A DNA stretch of 64,000 bases from contig NC_043025.1 in NCBI RefSeq assembly GCF_006345805.1, forward strand, positions 12,834,001 through 12,898,000, read 5' to 3'. Made by a program: the position numbers and the translations under genes. Below the pieces are notes generated by a model. That model had not been told where the DNA came from and did no database searches. It saw only the letters and a program-made list of their open reading frames with translations. Below, in pieces: positions 24,904-37,419 of the stretch. The stretch comes from Octopus sinensis (lineage: Eukaryota). Numbering within the stretch: the stretch's first letter is position 1; every line of letters begins with the position of its first letter.

Positions 24904-25519
24904 CTTTAATTAAAAATGAAAATAATAAGTTAAAATATTTTGGCAACAACAACACCAACAACACTACAAACATCAAACAATAAACATGAAAACATGAACT
25001 AAATCAAAGAGAATTTTCAAAACAAAAACACAAATAAAAAGTCAATAAAAGACCAAAAGAGACCTCTACATCACAGATCTGCAGAATCATGACCAACCTG
25101 GAGCTAGACAAAAACAACAAGAAGGATACATTAGATAATGTAGTCCTAGATACACTATGTCTGAATAAAAGACAGGATGGTCACAGCTGGAACATCTCTG
25201 ATCATAGGTCTGCCTGGATCAGGACTGACCTGGGGCTAAACAACACCAACGAAGGAAGGACACATTAGATAATGTAGTCCTAGATACACTATGTTCAAAT
25301 AAAAGACAGGATGGTCACAACTGGAACATCTCCAATCATAAACTTGTCTGGATCAGGACTGACCTGGGGCTAAACAGCAAGGAAGGATACATTAGATAAT
25401 GTAGTCCTAGATACACTATGCCTGAATAAAAGACAGGATGGTCACAGCTGGAACATCTTTGATCATAGGTCTGCTGGATCAGGACTGACCTAGGGCTAAA
25501 CAACAATAAGGGGGAACAC

Positions 25520-26560
25520 ATCATCATCATTGTTCGACCGTGGTCAAGACAATGGAATTTACCATGCTACACCAGACTTCACGGTCCATCATGGCATTAC
25601 GGAAGTCCTGTTGCTGGATGCCTGTATCCCTGGAGATTACATCAGGGTAGGAGAGTGTGTGCCCTCTGGTATTGCGAGTAGATGGCTTCCAGAGGAGAAG
25701 AGTAGAAATTACCTCTTTTTCAGCTCTACAACAATGTCCAGCAAACTGGACTCTCCTACCTTTCACAAGAGATGACACAGGTGGTAGTTTCCCATATATT
25801 TGCATTTTGGTTGGATGACTCTTCCACGAGAGATTTTGAGCTCTCATAAGGAGGCGAGTGTAGGTTCCATCCAACCGCCTCTCAAGCTTCTTTGATAACG
25901 TCCAGGTTTCTGAGCCATAGAGTAGAATTGGTTCGATTGTGGCTTTGAATATTTTAAGTTTGAAATCTCAACAACCCTGCAACCTATGGCTCTGAGATGA
26001 TACTGGTGGTAGTTTTCCATATATTTGCATTTTGGTTGGATGACTCTTCCACGAGAGATTTTGAGCTCTCATAAGGAGGCGAGTGTAGGTTCCATCCAAC
26101 TGCCTCTCAAGCTTCTTTGATAACGTCCAGGTTTCTGAGCCATAGAGTAGAATTGGTTCGACTGTGGCTTTGAAGATTTTAAGTTTGAAATCTCAACAAC
26201 CCTGCAACCTATGGCTCTGAGATGATACTGGTGGTAGTTTTCCATATATTTGCATTTTGGTTGGATGACTCTTCCACGAGAGATTTTGAGCTCTCATAAG
26301 GAGGCGAGTGTAGGTTCCATCCAACCGCCTCTCAAGCTTCTTTGATAACGTCCAGGTTTCTGAGTCATAGAGTAGAATTGGTTCGACTGTGGCTTTGAAG
26401 TCTCTACTTAGATTTGATGACCAGATCTTATGCATATCATTACAGGCTGACCAGGCCATACCCTTTCTAGTTAGAAAATCTTTTCCAGATGATGATATGT
26501 ATGACCCAAGATATTTGTAATCAGAAACCATATTTAAGGGCGTATTGTTTGGATAATGTA
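25520..26560 (-). mobile_element. RTE-clade LINE fragment with an internal 225-bp triplication
   Basis: YKYLGSYI..KGMAWSAC..ATVEPILLY..ETWTL..LDGTY; same family as 497-870. Confidence 0.85.
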
Positions 26561-26591
26561 GTCCTAGGTAAAAAAGGGAGGATGTACTTAC

Positions 26592-26734
26592 CTCTGTAAG
26601 AAGACCAAGGGACAGAGGTGTGATGTGGTCACTAATGGCTGAGAAGATGCTGGTCGCTATGGCACGAGACAGTTTGGAAGGATGGGTCATCATAGCAATG
26701 AGGACATCGAGTAAGACGTCCAACCAGTCCGGCT
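26592..26734 (-). CDS. MYBBP1A: MYBBP1A exon 20 (E-PDWLDVLLDVLIAMMTHPSKLSRAIATSIFSAISDHITPLSLGLLTE)
   Basis: TTCCAG / GTAAGT, phase 1-0, the most diagnostic family motif. Confidence 0.95.
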
Positions 26735-27685
26735 CTGGAAAAATGAAAGAGAATGGGTTAACGGGTTAAGGGGTTAATGGGGTAACAATTAATGGGGCTG
26801 GTAGAGTCAGTCAATATGGAAGAGTTTAATGGGACAAGGACCAATACAGGGCAAAGGATACTGCAATCAGGAAACTGACCTTCAAATGAAAGGGTCAAAG
26901 TGTTGAGGGGCTCCAGGCAGAAAGGATCAAAACAGTTAGGGCCTCCCGCAGTAGGGGAAACATTACAGTGAGGACCGCAATGGCAAGGATCAAACAATTA
27001 CAAAGAGGGGTGTCTTAATGTGGTCACTCCACCTGTGAGAAATAGCAGCCAAATCACTCTTAAATTATATCTAACCATGGTGGAAAATGAAAGGACACAT
27101 TACATAATATGGACACATAGAAAGACAGGATGGTCACAGGTGGAACAGCTTTGATCATAGGTCTGTCGGATCAGAACTGACCTTGGGCTTCATAACAAGA
27201 AAGGACACATTAGTTAATGTAGTCCTAGATACACTATGCCTGAAAAAAGACAGGATGGTCACAGCTGGAACATCTTGGATCATAGGTCTGCTGGATCAAG
27301 ACTGACCTGGGGCTAAACAACAAGGAAGGACACATTAGATAATGTAGTCCTAGATACACTATGCCTGAATAAAAGACAGGATGGTCACAGCTGGAACATC
27401 TTTGATCATAGGTCTGCTGGATCAGGACTGACCTGGGGCTAAACAACAAGGAAGGACACATTAGATAATGTAGTCCTAGATACACTATGTCTGAATAAAA
27501 GACAGGATGGTCACAGCTGCAACATCTTTGATCATAGGTCTGCTGGATCGGGACTGACCTGAGACTAAACAACAACATCCTGACATTGTTGCCATCACAT
27601 CACAAGGACAAGAATGAAAGGTGGAAGTTGTGGCATGCATGCCTTTTCCAAAGCCATAAACAAAACATAACAGTATGATACTCAC

Positions 27686-27743
27686 CATCGTCTGAAGATT
27701 TCACCCTCTTCTTAACAGATTTCTCACAGCAAGACAAACTGTC
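27686..27743 (-). CDS. MYBBP1A: MYBBP1A exon 19 (DSLSCCEKSVKKRVKSSDD)
   Basis: TTCCAG / GTGAGT, phase 0-1. Confidence 0.87.
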
Positions 27744-27770
27744 CTGGAAATAGAAGTAACACATTTTATA

Positions 27771-28140
27771 TACTGTAAATCCTCGAGTATAGTCCGCCCA
27801 TGAGTATTACACGCAGGGGATTTTCAGGGGGCTGTACCTCTGGAAAACCTAAACCTTGTGTATAATACGCAGGGGATTTTTAGGAGGCTGTACCTCTGAA
27901 AAACCTAAACCTTGTGTATAATACGCAGGGGATTTTTAGGGGGCTATACTCTGACAAACCTAAACCTTGTGTATAATACGCAGGGGATTTTTAGGGGGCT
28001 GTACCTCTGACAAACCTAAACCTTGTGTATAATACACAGGGGATTTTTAGGGGGCTGTACCTCTGGAAAACCTAAACCTTGTGTATAATACGGACCCCTT
28101 CTCTAACTTGAGTCAAGGAGGTCTATATAACGTCCTTGGT
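27771..28140. repeat. Tc2/pogo-like MITE remnant carrying a 56-bp tandem repeat (~5 copies)
   Basis: TACTGTAAATCCTCGAGTATA end (reverse complement at ~51398-51421); unit ATAATACGCAGGGGATTTTTAGGGGGCTGTACCTCTG.. Confidence 0.6.
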
Positions 28141-28981
28141 TTGTAAAAATGTATACGGTAACGTCCTTTATTATTACTGTATATATAACATAACGCAAAC
28201 GTGTAGCTTTTTTGTGCATTTTGTTTGCAGAAAATCAAGAAATAACAGTAATAACGTTTAATAAATGTTGCTTACTGCAAGTTATGGATGATTCTTTTAT
28301 GACTTCATTGCTTTCAGGCTTAGCTTAAGGGATTTTCGCACCCAGCATCACAAAATGTGTCTGAATAAACATTACCGGACAACAAATAGAAAGAAGGTAT
28401 GTTTTTTTTCTTTTTGCTTGTTGTTTGCATGAATGTTTAAATTTAGCAGCAGGAACAAAATTGTGGCACTCACACACACAGAGATGGAATGCCAACTTCA
28501 AAAGAACTTCCCCGATCCAATCGCACGCGCTGTGTCTCATTTTACGCCGACTTGAAAAGATACCCTTCCCCAACCCAACCCATCATCATGTCCGCTTTCC
28601 ATACTAGCATGGGTTGGACGGTTCGACTGGGGTCTGGGAAGCCAGAACGCTGCACTAGGCTCAAATCTGATAAGGTAATGCTTCTACAGCTGGATGCCCT
28701 TCCTAACGCCAACCACTCCATGAGTGTAGTGGGTGCTTTTTACATGCCACCTGCACAAATGCCAGACGAGGCTGGCAAACGGCCACGATCGGATGGTGCT
28801 TTTTTTACATGCCACCGGCACGGAGGCTAGTCGGGGTGGCGCTGGCGATGTAATCGACTTAATCCCTTTGTCCCCTCTATGTTTAGCCCCTTGTGGGCAA
28901 TAAAGAAATAGGTATGTGGTACCAGGACATACTTACTTGTAAGTGATGGTCATGGTTAGAGAAAGAGAGAGAAATGCTTAC

Positions 28982-29089
28982 CTGAATGACATCGAGGCAG
29001 TTCTGTGGGTCACAAAACACCTGTAGGGCCAGGTAGGTGAGTAGGATCTCAAAGGCATAAATATTCTTGCTTTCTGATTGGTCGGTTTT
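28982..29089 (-). CDS. MYBBP1A: MYBBP1A exon 18 (KTDQSESKNIYAFEILLTYLALQVFCDPQNCLDVIQ)
   Basis: CCCCAG / GTAAGC, phase 0-0; matches AFQHLLLLVGIHLL. Confidence 0.92.
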
Positions 29090-29707
29090 CTGGGGGAAAC
29101 ACAAAACAAACATCGATGATGATGATGTGGGACATAGTGGAGGCGGGGTGAAGGTGGTAGTGGTTATGATGATGATGATATTGATGAGAGTGATGATGAT
29201 GATGGTGGTGATGATGGGGGAGATAGTGGAGGCGGGGTGAAGGTGGTAGTGGTGATAATAGTAGTGGTTATGATGATGATAATGGTGATGATGATGACGA
29301 TGATTATGATATTGATGATGAAGGCGATGGTGATGATGATGATGAAGATGATAATGGTGAAGATGGTGATAATGGTAATGATGAGGGTGATGATGATGGT
29401 GGTGATGAAGATGATGATGGTGATGATGATATTGATGAGGGTGATGATGATGATAATGATGGTGATGATAGTGGTGATGATGATGATGATATGATGAGGG
29501 TGATGATGATAATGGTAGTGATGGCTATGATGATGATGATCTAATTATGTCATTAATCTATTTCTATTCCAAGCTTCCACTGTGACAATCCAACATGCAG
29601 CTTTCACCACCCTGGGGGAGTCATGCAGTTTCACCGAGGCCACACACACACACACGTGCACACACACACACACGTGTATCTATGAGGAATAAAATAAAGA
29701 GTCTTAC

Positions 29708-29761
29708 GATTGAGTGCATCTGGGACAACATCTGTTTGATCTGGTGAAGAGCTTGTAACGT
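29708..29761 (-). CDS. MYBBP1A: MYBBP1A exon 17 (TLQALHQIKQMLSQMHSI)
   Basis: TTCCAG / GTAAGA, phase 0-0. Confidence 0.82.
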
Positions 29762-30524
29762 CTGGAATACAGACAGAGAGAAGAAGATACTCAGATCATT
29801 TAATATTTAAGCATTTCACAGCAAATATTTAACAAACAACATTCAATAATGTAAGTTAAGTTAATTTTTTGGCTCAAAAAGCAAAAAGCAAGGCCATGTA
29901 GGGGGACATGGAGTTATGTACAGGGTGGTGTTCATGCAAAGAGTTCAGGCCATTTCTGGTCAAGAGAGACTTTGAACCGAGCGGTCGTCGGCATCTTCAC
30001 TATCTCGTCCGGCATTTTATTCCATGGATCCGCAACCCAGACGGAGAAAGCCCCTCACACCAGGCAAAATGGTTGGCAGCATTTCATCTGTCTGCGTGCT
30101 CTGAGATCAAATGACACCAAGGTTGACTTTGCCTTTCATTCTTTCAGGATCAATAAAATAAGTACTAGCCAAATGCTGGGGTCAATGCAACCAAATTACA
30201 ACCCCTGCCACACCGAAACTGCTGGATTCATAACATGCTGGTGTTAGGAAGGGCATCCAGCCATAGAAACCATGCCAGAAATGCTTCCCACATTTGAAAA
30301 GTTGACAAAAGGAAAAAGAAGCAACATTTATGAAAAATTAATTTGTTTAAACAAAGGGTTACAGTTTTTGTTCATTAGCTAAATGAAAACATCATTGGCA
30401 CTTGCATAAGTTCATTAGGAACACATAGGTGAAAGTTTAAAATGTGGGAGGTATTTCTGCCACACCCTGTTAACAGAGCCCTTACAACCAATGACGATCC
30501 CAATTCAATTATATACAAAGGTGG

Positions 30525-30925
30525 GCACTGTTAACCAAAAAGTTAACTTTATTAACTGTTAATCTGTTAACCAAAAAGTTAACTTCATTAACTGTTAATC
30601 CGTTAACCAAAACGTTAACTTCAATAACTGTTAATCTGTTAACCAAAACGTTAACTTCAATAACTGTTAATCTGTTAACCAAAACGTTAACTTCAATAAC
30701 TGTTAATCTGTTAACCAAAACGTTAACTTCAATAACTGTTAATCTGTTAACCAAAACGTTAACTTCAATAACTGTTAATCTGTTAACCAAAACGTTAACT
30801 TCAATAACTGTTAATCTATTAATCAAAATGTTAACTTCAATAACTGTTAATCAAAAAGTTAACTTCATTAACTGTTAATCAAACAGTTAACTTCAATAAC
30901 TGTTAATCTGTTAACCAAAAAGTTA
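30525..30925. repeat. 36-bp minisatellite rich in GTTAAC palindromes (~10 copies)
   Basis: TTAACCAAAACGTTAACTTCAATAACTGTTAATCTG. Confidence 0.9.
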
Positions 30926-31138
30926 ACTTCAATAACTATGACAAAATTGACAAGACATTCAATTGACTTGAGTTAATGGAAGTTAATTAGTCTGATAATG
31001 TTTTCCAAAGTTAGCTTAGACGTTAACTCTTTAATGGAAATTAACAGTTCAGTGCCCAAGTTTGATTGTATGTATGTGTTTGACTTAATCTTTCAGAGTC
31101 CAGGAAATAATTTTAAAAAAAGAGAAGAGAACACTCAC

Positions 31139-31192
31139 CTCTTCATTCAATTCTTTCAGTGGTTTCACAACATCTGAATTACTGACCAAAGA
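31139..31192 (-). CDS. MYBBP1A: MYBBP1A exon 16 (SLVSNSDVVKPLKELNEE)
   Basis: TTGCAG / GTGAGT, phase 0-0. Confidence 0.83.
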
Positions 31193-31966
31193 CTGCAATA
31201 AAGAAGAAAAAAAATGAGAGAGAAAACTCGTCAATCTTTCAAAAGTTAATAAGGCAGCAAGCTGGCAGAATCGTTAGCATGCCACGCAAAATGCTTAGCA
31301 GCATCTCATCAGCCTTTACGTTCTGAGTTCAAATGACACCGGGGTCAACCTTGCCTTTCATCCTTTTGAGATCAATGAAATAAATACTAAAAAAATAAAT
31401 ATTCTTTAGAGAAAGAAAAACAAAACAGAAAGAACTTTAGGAAGAAAAACAATAAAAAAATAGGCGTAGGAGTGGCTGTGTGGTAAGTAGCTTGCTAACC
31501 AACCGCATGGTTCCGGGTTCAGTCCCACTGCGTGGCACCTTGGGCAAGTGTCTTCTGCTACAGCCTCGGGCCGACCAAAACCTTGTGAGTGGATTTCGTA
31601 GACGGAAACTGAAAGAAGCCCGTCGTATATATATATATATGTGTGTGTGTGTATGTGTTTGTGTGTCTGTGTTTGTCCCCCTAGCATTGCTTGACAACCG
31701 ATGCTGGTGTGTTTACGTCACTTAGCGGTTCAGCAAAAGAGACCGATAGAATAAGTACTGGGCTTACAAAGAATAAGTCCCGGGTTCGATTTGCTCGACT
31801 AAAGGCGGTGCTCCAGCATGGCCGCAGTCAAATGACTGAAACAAGTAAAAGAGAAAAAAAAGAGAATAAGTAAAACCCCCCAAAAAAAAAAGAAGAAAGG
31901 CTGACCCAGGATGGGAGACAAAAGATGGATTAGATCTAGCAGAGTTTGATCTCTTTCTATATTTAC

Positions 31967-32025
31967 CTCAACATAGGAAAATATCTGTTGGACTGTTTTG
32001 GTAATGTAGGCCTTCTTGTTTTTAT
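31967..32025 (-). CDS. MYBBP1A: MYBBP1A exon 15 (D-KNKKAYITKTVQQIFSYVE)
   Basis: CTTCAG / GTAAAT, phase 1-0. Confidence 0.83.
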
Positions 32026-32599
32026 CTGAAGAAAAAAATGGGAAAATAAACAGGGTTAGCTACAACTGATTCTAGGGATACAAAAAGTACAAATGTAACA
32101 AGCAAACATGAACGGACGGATATGAGGGAGCAGCATGGAGTGGGGCAACGTGAAGGGTCGGTTTGAGTGGGGAAAATGTCGATGCTTCATGAAAGAAATT
32201 TCATATTTAAGGGAATTTAACAACTTTGTGTGTTAATAAATAGTTATAATGGCTCTGCCACAATTTGTTTGTTTGTTGAGCAAAGCAGTCTTCGTCCGTA
32301 GTGGGAGAAGTCCGATACGTGGTCCTTTGCTATTCGCAAGACCCGCACAAGAGAAAGCAGGTCAACCCCCGACACCGAGAGCATCGACAGATGGATGAAT
32401 GCACATCCAGGCTGAGCGGTTGCGTAGGAATTTGGGGACAAGAAACAGGAAGAAAGAGTGCGAGAAAGTTGGGGCGAAAGAGTACATCAGGGGTCGCCAC
32501 CACTCCCTGCCAGAGCCATGCGGAGCTTTAGGTGTTTTCGCTCGATAAACACACACAATGCCCAGTCTGGGAATTGAAACCGCGATCCTCTGACCCCGA

Positions 32600-34328
32600 G
32601 TCCTAGATACACTATGTCTGAATAAAAGACAAGATGGTCACAGCTGGAACATCTTTGATCATAGGTCTGCTGGATCAGGACTGACCTGGGGCTAATCAAC
32701 AAGGAAGGACACATTAGATAATGTAGTCCTAGATACACTATGCCTGAATAAAAGACAGGATGGTCACAGCTGGAACATCTTTTATCATAGGTCTGCTGGA
32801 TCAGGACTGACCTGGGGCTAATCAACAAGGAAGGAGACATTAGATAATGTAGTCCTAGATACACTATGCCTGAATCAAAGACAGGATGGTCACAGCTGGA
32901 ACATCTTTGATCATAGGTCTGCTGGATCAGGACTGACCTGGGGCTAATCAACAAGGAAGGACACATTAGATAATGTAGTCCTAGATACACTATGCCTGAA
33001 TAAAAGACAGGATGGTCACAGCTGGAACATCTTTTATCATAGGTCTGCTGGATCAGGACTGACCTGGGGCTAATCAACAAGGAAGGAGACATTAGATAAT
33101 GTAGTCCTAGATACACTATGCCTGAATCAAAGACAGGATGGTCACAGCTGGAACATCTCTGATCATATGTCTGCAGGATAAGGACTGACCTGGGGCTAAA
33201 CAACAAGAAGGACACATTAGATAATGTAGTCCTAGATACACTATGTCTGAATAAAAGACAGGATGGTCACAGCTGGAACATCTTTGATCATAGGTCTGCA
33301 GGATAAGGACTGACCTGGGGCTAAACAACAAGAAGGACACATTAGATAATGTAGTCCTAGATACACTATGTCTGAATAAAAGACAGGATGGTCACAGCTG
33401 GAACATCTTTGATCATAGGTCTGCAGGATAAGGACTGACCTGGGGCTAAACAACAAGAAGGACACATTAGATAATGTAGTCCTAGATACACTATGTCTGA
33501 ATAAAAGACAGGATGGTCACAGCTGGAACATCTTTGATCATAGTCTGCAGGATAAGACTGACCTGGGGCTAAACAACAAGAAGGACACATTAGATAATGT
33601 AGCCCTAGGTCACTATGTCTGAATAAAAGACAGGATGGTCACAGCTGGAACATCTTTGATCATAGGTCTGCAGGATAAGGACTGACCTGGGGCTAAACAA
33701 CAAGAAGGACACATTAGATAATGTAGTCCTAGATACACTATGTCTGAATAAAACAGGATGGTCACAGCTGGAACATCTTGATCATAGGTCTGCAGGATAA
33801 GGACTGACCTGGGGCTAAACAACAAGAAGGACACATTAGATAATGTAGTCCTAGATACACTATGTCTGAATAAAAGACAGGATGGTCACAGCTGGAACAT
33901 CTCTGATCATATGTCTGCTGGATCAGGACTGACCTGGGGCTAATCAACAAGGAAGGAGACATTAGATAATGTAGTCCTAGATACACTATGTCAGAATCAA
34001 AGACAGGATGGTCACAGCTGGAACATCTTTTATCATAGGTCTGCTGGATCAGGACTGACCTGGGGCTAATCAACAAGGAAGGACACATTAGATAATGTAG
34101 TCCTAGATACACTATGTCTGAATAAAAGACAGGATGGTCACAGCTGGAACATCTCTGATCATATGTCTGCTGGATCAGGACTGACTTGGGGCTAATCAAC
34201 AAGAAGGACACATTAGATAATGTAGTCCTAGATACACTATGTCTGAATAAAAGACAGGATGGTCACAGCTGGAACATCTTTGATCATAGGTCTGCTGGAT
34301 CGGGACTGACCTGGGGCTAAACAACAAT
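32600..34328. repeat. ~126-bp minisatellite (~14 copies), built from a retroposon-like tail ending (ACA)n
   Basis: Unit GGAAGGACACATTAGATAATGTAGTCCTAG...GACTGACCTGGGGCTAAACAACAA; shorter arrays at 7171-7559, 25085-25507 and 27090-27575. Confidence 0.95.
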
Positions 34329-34341
34329 AACAGTAACTCAC

Positions 34342-34438
34342 CAGACTTCATTGTGATAATCTTGAGGAAATTCTTCACGAATGCCAAATTGCAGGTCTTC
34401 TGCAATTTCTCGCCAAAGGACACCGGTTCACTGTGGCA
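34342..34438 (-). CDS. MYBBP1A: MYBBP1A exon 14 (CHSEPVSFGEKLQKTCNLAFVKNFLKIITMKS)
   Basis: TTGCAG / GTGAGT, phase 0-1. Confidence 0.87.
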
Positions 34439-35364
34439 CTGCAAAAGGGAAAACAAAAGACATTTATGCATTATTTATCTTTTACTTGTCTCAGTCTACG
34501 GCCATGCTGGAGCACTGCCTAGAAGAAATTATAATAAATTGAATTGACCCCAGAACTTATTTCTTTTTCGAGCCTATAATCATTCTATCAGTCTCGTTTG
34601 CTTAGCCACTAAGTTATGGGGATCGAAATTGTCAGGGGGCAGTGGGGGACAAACAGACGCTCACACACACACACATATTCTTTTATTTGTTTCAGTCATT
34701 CGACTGTGGCCATGCTGGAGCACCGCCTTTAGTCGGACAAATCAACCCTGGAACTTGTTCTTTGTAAGCCTAGTACTTATTCTATCGGTCCCTTTTGCTT
34801 AACTGCTAAGTAACAGGGACATAAACACACCAGCATCGGTTGTCAAACGATGGGGGGGGGACAAACACAGACGCACAAACACCCACACACATATATGTAT
34901 ATATACGACGGGCTTCTTTCAGTTTCCGTCTACAAAATCCACTCACAAGGCCTTAGTCGGCCCGAGGCTATAGTAGAAGACGCTTGCCCCAAGGTGCCAC
35001 GCAGTGGGACTGAACCCAGAACCATGTGGTTGGTAAGCAAGCTACTTACCACACAGCCACTCCTGCACCTATATACGACGGGCTTCTTTCAGTTTCCGTC
35101 TACAAAATCCACTCACGAGGCCTTAGTCGGCCCGAGGCTATAGTAGAAGACGCTTGCCCCAAGGTGCCTCGCAGTGCAATCTTCTTACCACAAAGCTACG
35201 CCTGCACCTCATCATCATCATTTAGTGACCGCTTTCCATGCTAGCATGGGTTGGACGGTTCAACTGGGGTCTGGGAAGCCAGAAGGCTGCACCAGGCTCC
35301 AGTCTGATCTGGCAGTGTTTCTACAGCGGGATGTCCTTCCTAACGCCAACCACTCCGTGAGTGT

Positions 35365-36520
35365 AGCGGGTGCTTTTTACATGCCATCGACATAGGGGCC
35401 AGACAAGGCTGGCGAATGGCCACAATTGGTTGGTGCCTTTTACGTGCCATCGACATAGGGGCCAGACAAGGCTGGCGAATGGCCACAATTGGTTGGTGCC
35501 TTTTACATGCCATCGACATAGGGGCCAGACAAGGCTGGCGAATGGCCACAATTGGTTGGTGCCTTTTACGTGCCATCGACATAGGGGCCAGACGAGGCTG
35601 GCGAATGGCCACAATTGGTTGGTGCCTTTTACATGCCATCGACATAGGGGCCAGACGAGGCTGGCGAACGGCCACAATTGGTTGGTGCCTTTTACGTGCC
35701 ATCGACATAGGGGCCAGACAAGGCTGGCGAATGGCCACAATTGGTTGGTGCCTTTTACATGCCATCGACATAGGGGCCAGACGAGGCTGGCGAATGGCCA
35801 CAATTGGTTGGTGCCTTTTACATGCCATCGACATAGGGGCCAGACGAGGCTGGCGAACGGCCACAATTGGTTGGTGCCTTTTACATGCCATCGACATAGG
35901 GGCCAGACGAGGCTGGCGAATGGCCACAATTGGTTGGTGCCTTTTACATGCCATCGACATAGGGGCCAGACGAGGCTGGCGAATGGCCACAATTGGTTGG
36001 TGCCTTTTACATGCCATCGACATAGGGGCCAGACGAGGCTGGCGAATGGCCACAATTGGTTGGTGCCTTTTACATGCCATCGACATAGGGGCCAGACGAG
36101 GCTGGCGAACGGCCACAATTGGTTGGTGCCTTTTACGTGCCATCGACATAGGGGCCAGACGAGGCTGGCGAATGGCCACAATTGGTTGGTGCCTTTTACA
36201 TGCCATCGACATAGGGGCCAGACGAGGCTGGCGAATGGCCACAATTGGTTGGTGCCTTTTACATGCCATCGACATAGGGGCCAGACGAGGCTGGCGAACG
36301 GCCACAATTGGTTGGTGCCTTTTACGTGCCATCGACATAGGGGCCAGACGAGGCTGGCGAATGGCCACAATTGGTTGGTGCCTTTTACATGCCATCGACA
36401 TAGGGGCCAGACGAGGCTGGCGAATGGCCACAATTGGTTGGTGCCTTTTACGTGCCATCGACATAGGGGCCAGACGAGGCTGGCGAACGGCCACAATTGG
36501 TTGGTGCCTTTTACATGCCA
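35365..36520 (-). repeat. 63-bp minisatellite (~18 copies) inside an RTE 3'UTR copy
   Basis: Period 63 read directly; flanked by RTE 3'UTR sequence. Confidence 0.95.
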
Positions 36521-37247
36521 CCAGCATGGAAGCCAGTCAAGGTGGCACTGGCATCGACCACCTACAGATAGTGCTTTTTACGTGTCACTGGCACAGGTGC
36601 CAGGGGAGGCATTTCACCCGGCGTGCTAACGTTTCTGCCAGCTCTTGTCAAACCATCAACCTCACACCAGCATCGACAACGGACATTAAAAGCTGATGAT
36701 GAGGATGAGGATAAGGATAATCATTGCTGATGTGGGCTGGACACACGGACACACACTCGCCTAGCATACCCACTCACAAGGCCCTGGTCAACCTGGTTCA
36801 AGGACCCTATTCTTTCATTATTTTATTCCTTTACTTGTTTCAGTCATTTGACTGCGGCCATGCTGGAGCACCGCCTTTTAGTCGAGCAACTCGACCCCGG
36901 GACTTATTCTTTTTGTAAGCCCAGTACTTATTCTATCGGTCTCTTTTGCTGAACCGCTAAGTGACGTAAACACACCAGCATCGGTTGTCAAGCAATGCTA
37001 GGGGGACAAACACACACATACACACATATATATATTCATATATACGACAGGCTTCTTTCAGTTTCCGTCTACCAAATCCACTCACAAGTCGTTGGTCGGC
37101 CCGGGGTTATAGCAGAAGACACTTGCCCGAGGTGCCACACAGTGGGACTGAACCCTGAAGCATGTGGTTGGTTAGCAAGCTACTTACCACACAGCCACTA
37201 ATAAAAGAAATTAAAGTAGAGGGGCAATGCATAAAAAAAAGACTTAC

Positions 37248-37419
37248 ATGAGGTATCTCCGAGGACGACTTGGAGAGGACAAAGAAGGCATGGCGGAACA
37301 AGTACTGGAGGAGATTGGCCTGGCACTGCCGGACATCCTCTTGACCAGCAGAGTGGCTGAAGAACAGGCTGAGTTGATTGATGGACCACTGACGAACAGA
37401 CAGACTGGTGAACGTTGAA
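37248..37419 (-). CDS. MYBBP1A: MYBBP1A exon 13 (STFTSLSVRQWSINQL...LLQYLFRHAFFVLSKSSSEIPH)
   Basis: TTTCAG / GTAAGT, phase 2-0, conserved motifs. Confidence 0.93.

Noticed and set aside
32487-34211. Long minus-strand ORFs repeating YSGIVYLGLHYLMCPS
   Set aside because: Translations of the 126-bp minisatellite.
32600-34328. CRISPR-like array
   Set aside because: Eukaryotic intron; full-length tandem units with no unique spacers and no cas genes.
35321-36696. Four 390-430 aa ORFs on both strands
   Set aside because: Artefact of a 63-bp (multiple of 3) stop-free minisatellite in an RTE 3'UTR; no protein evidence.
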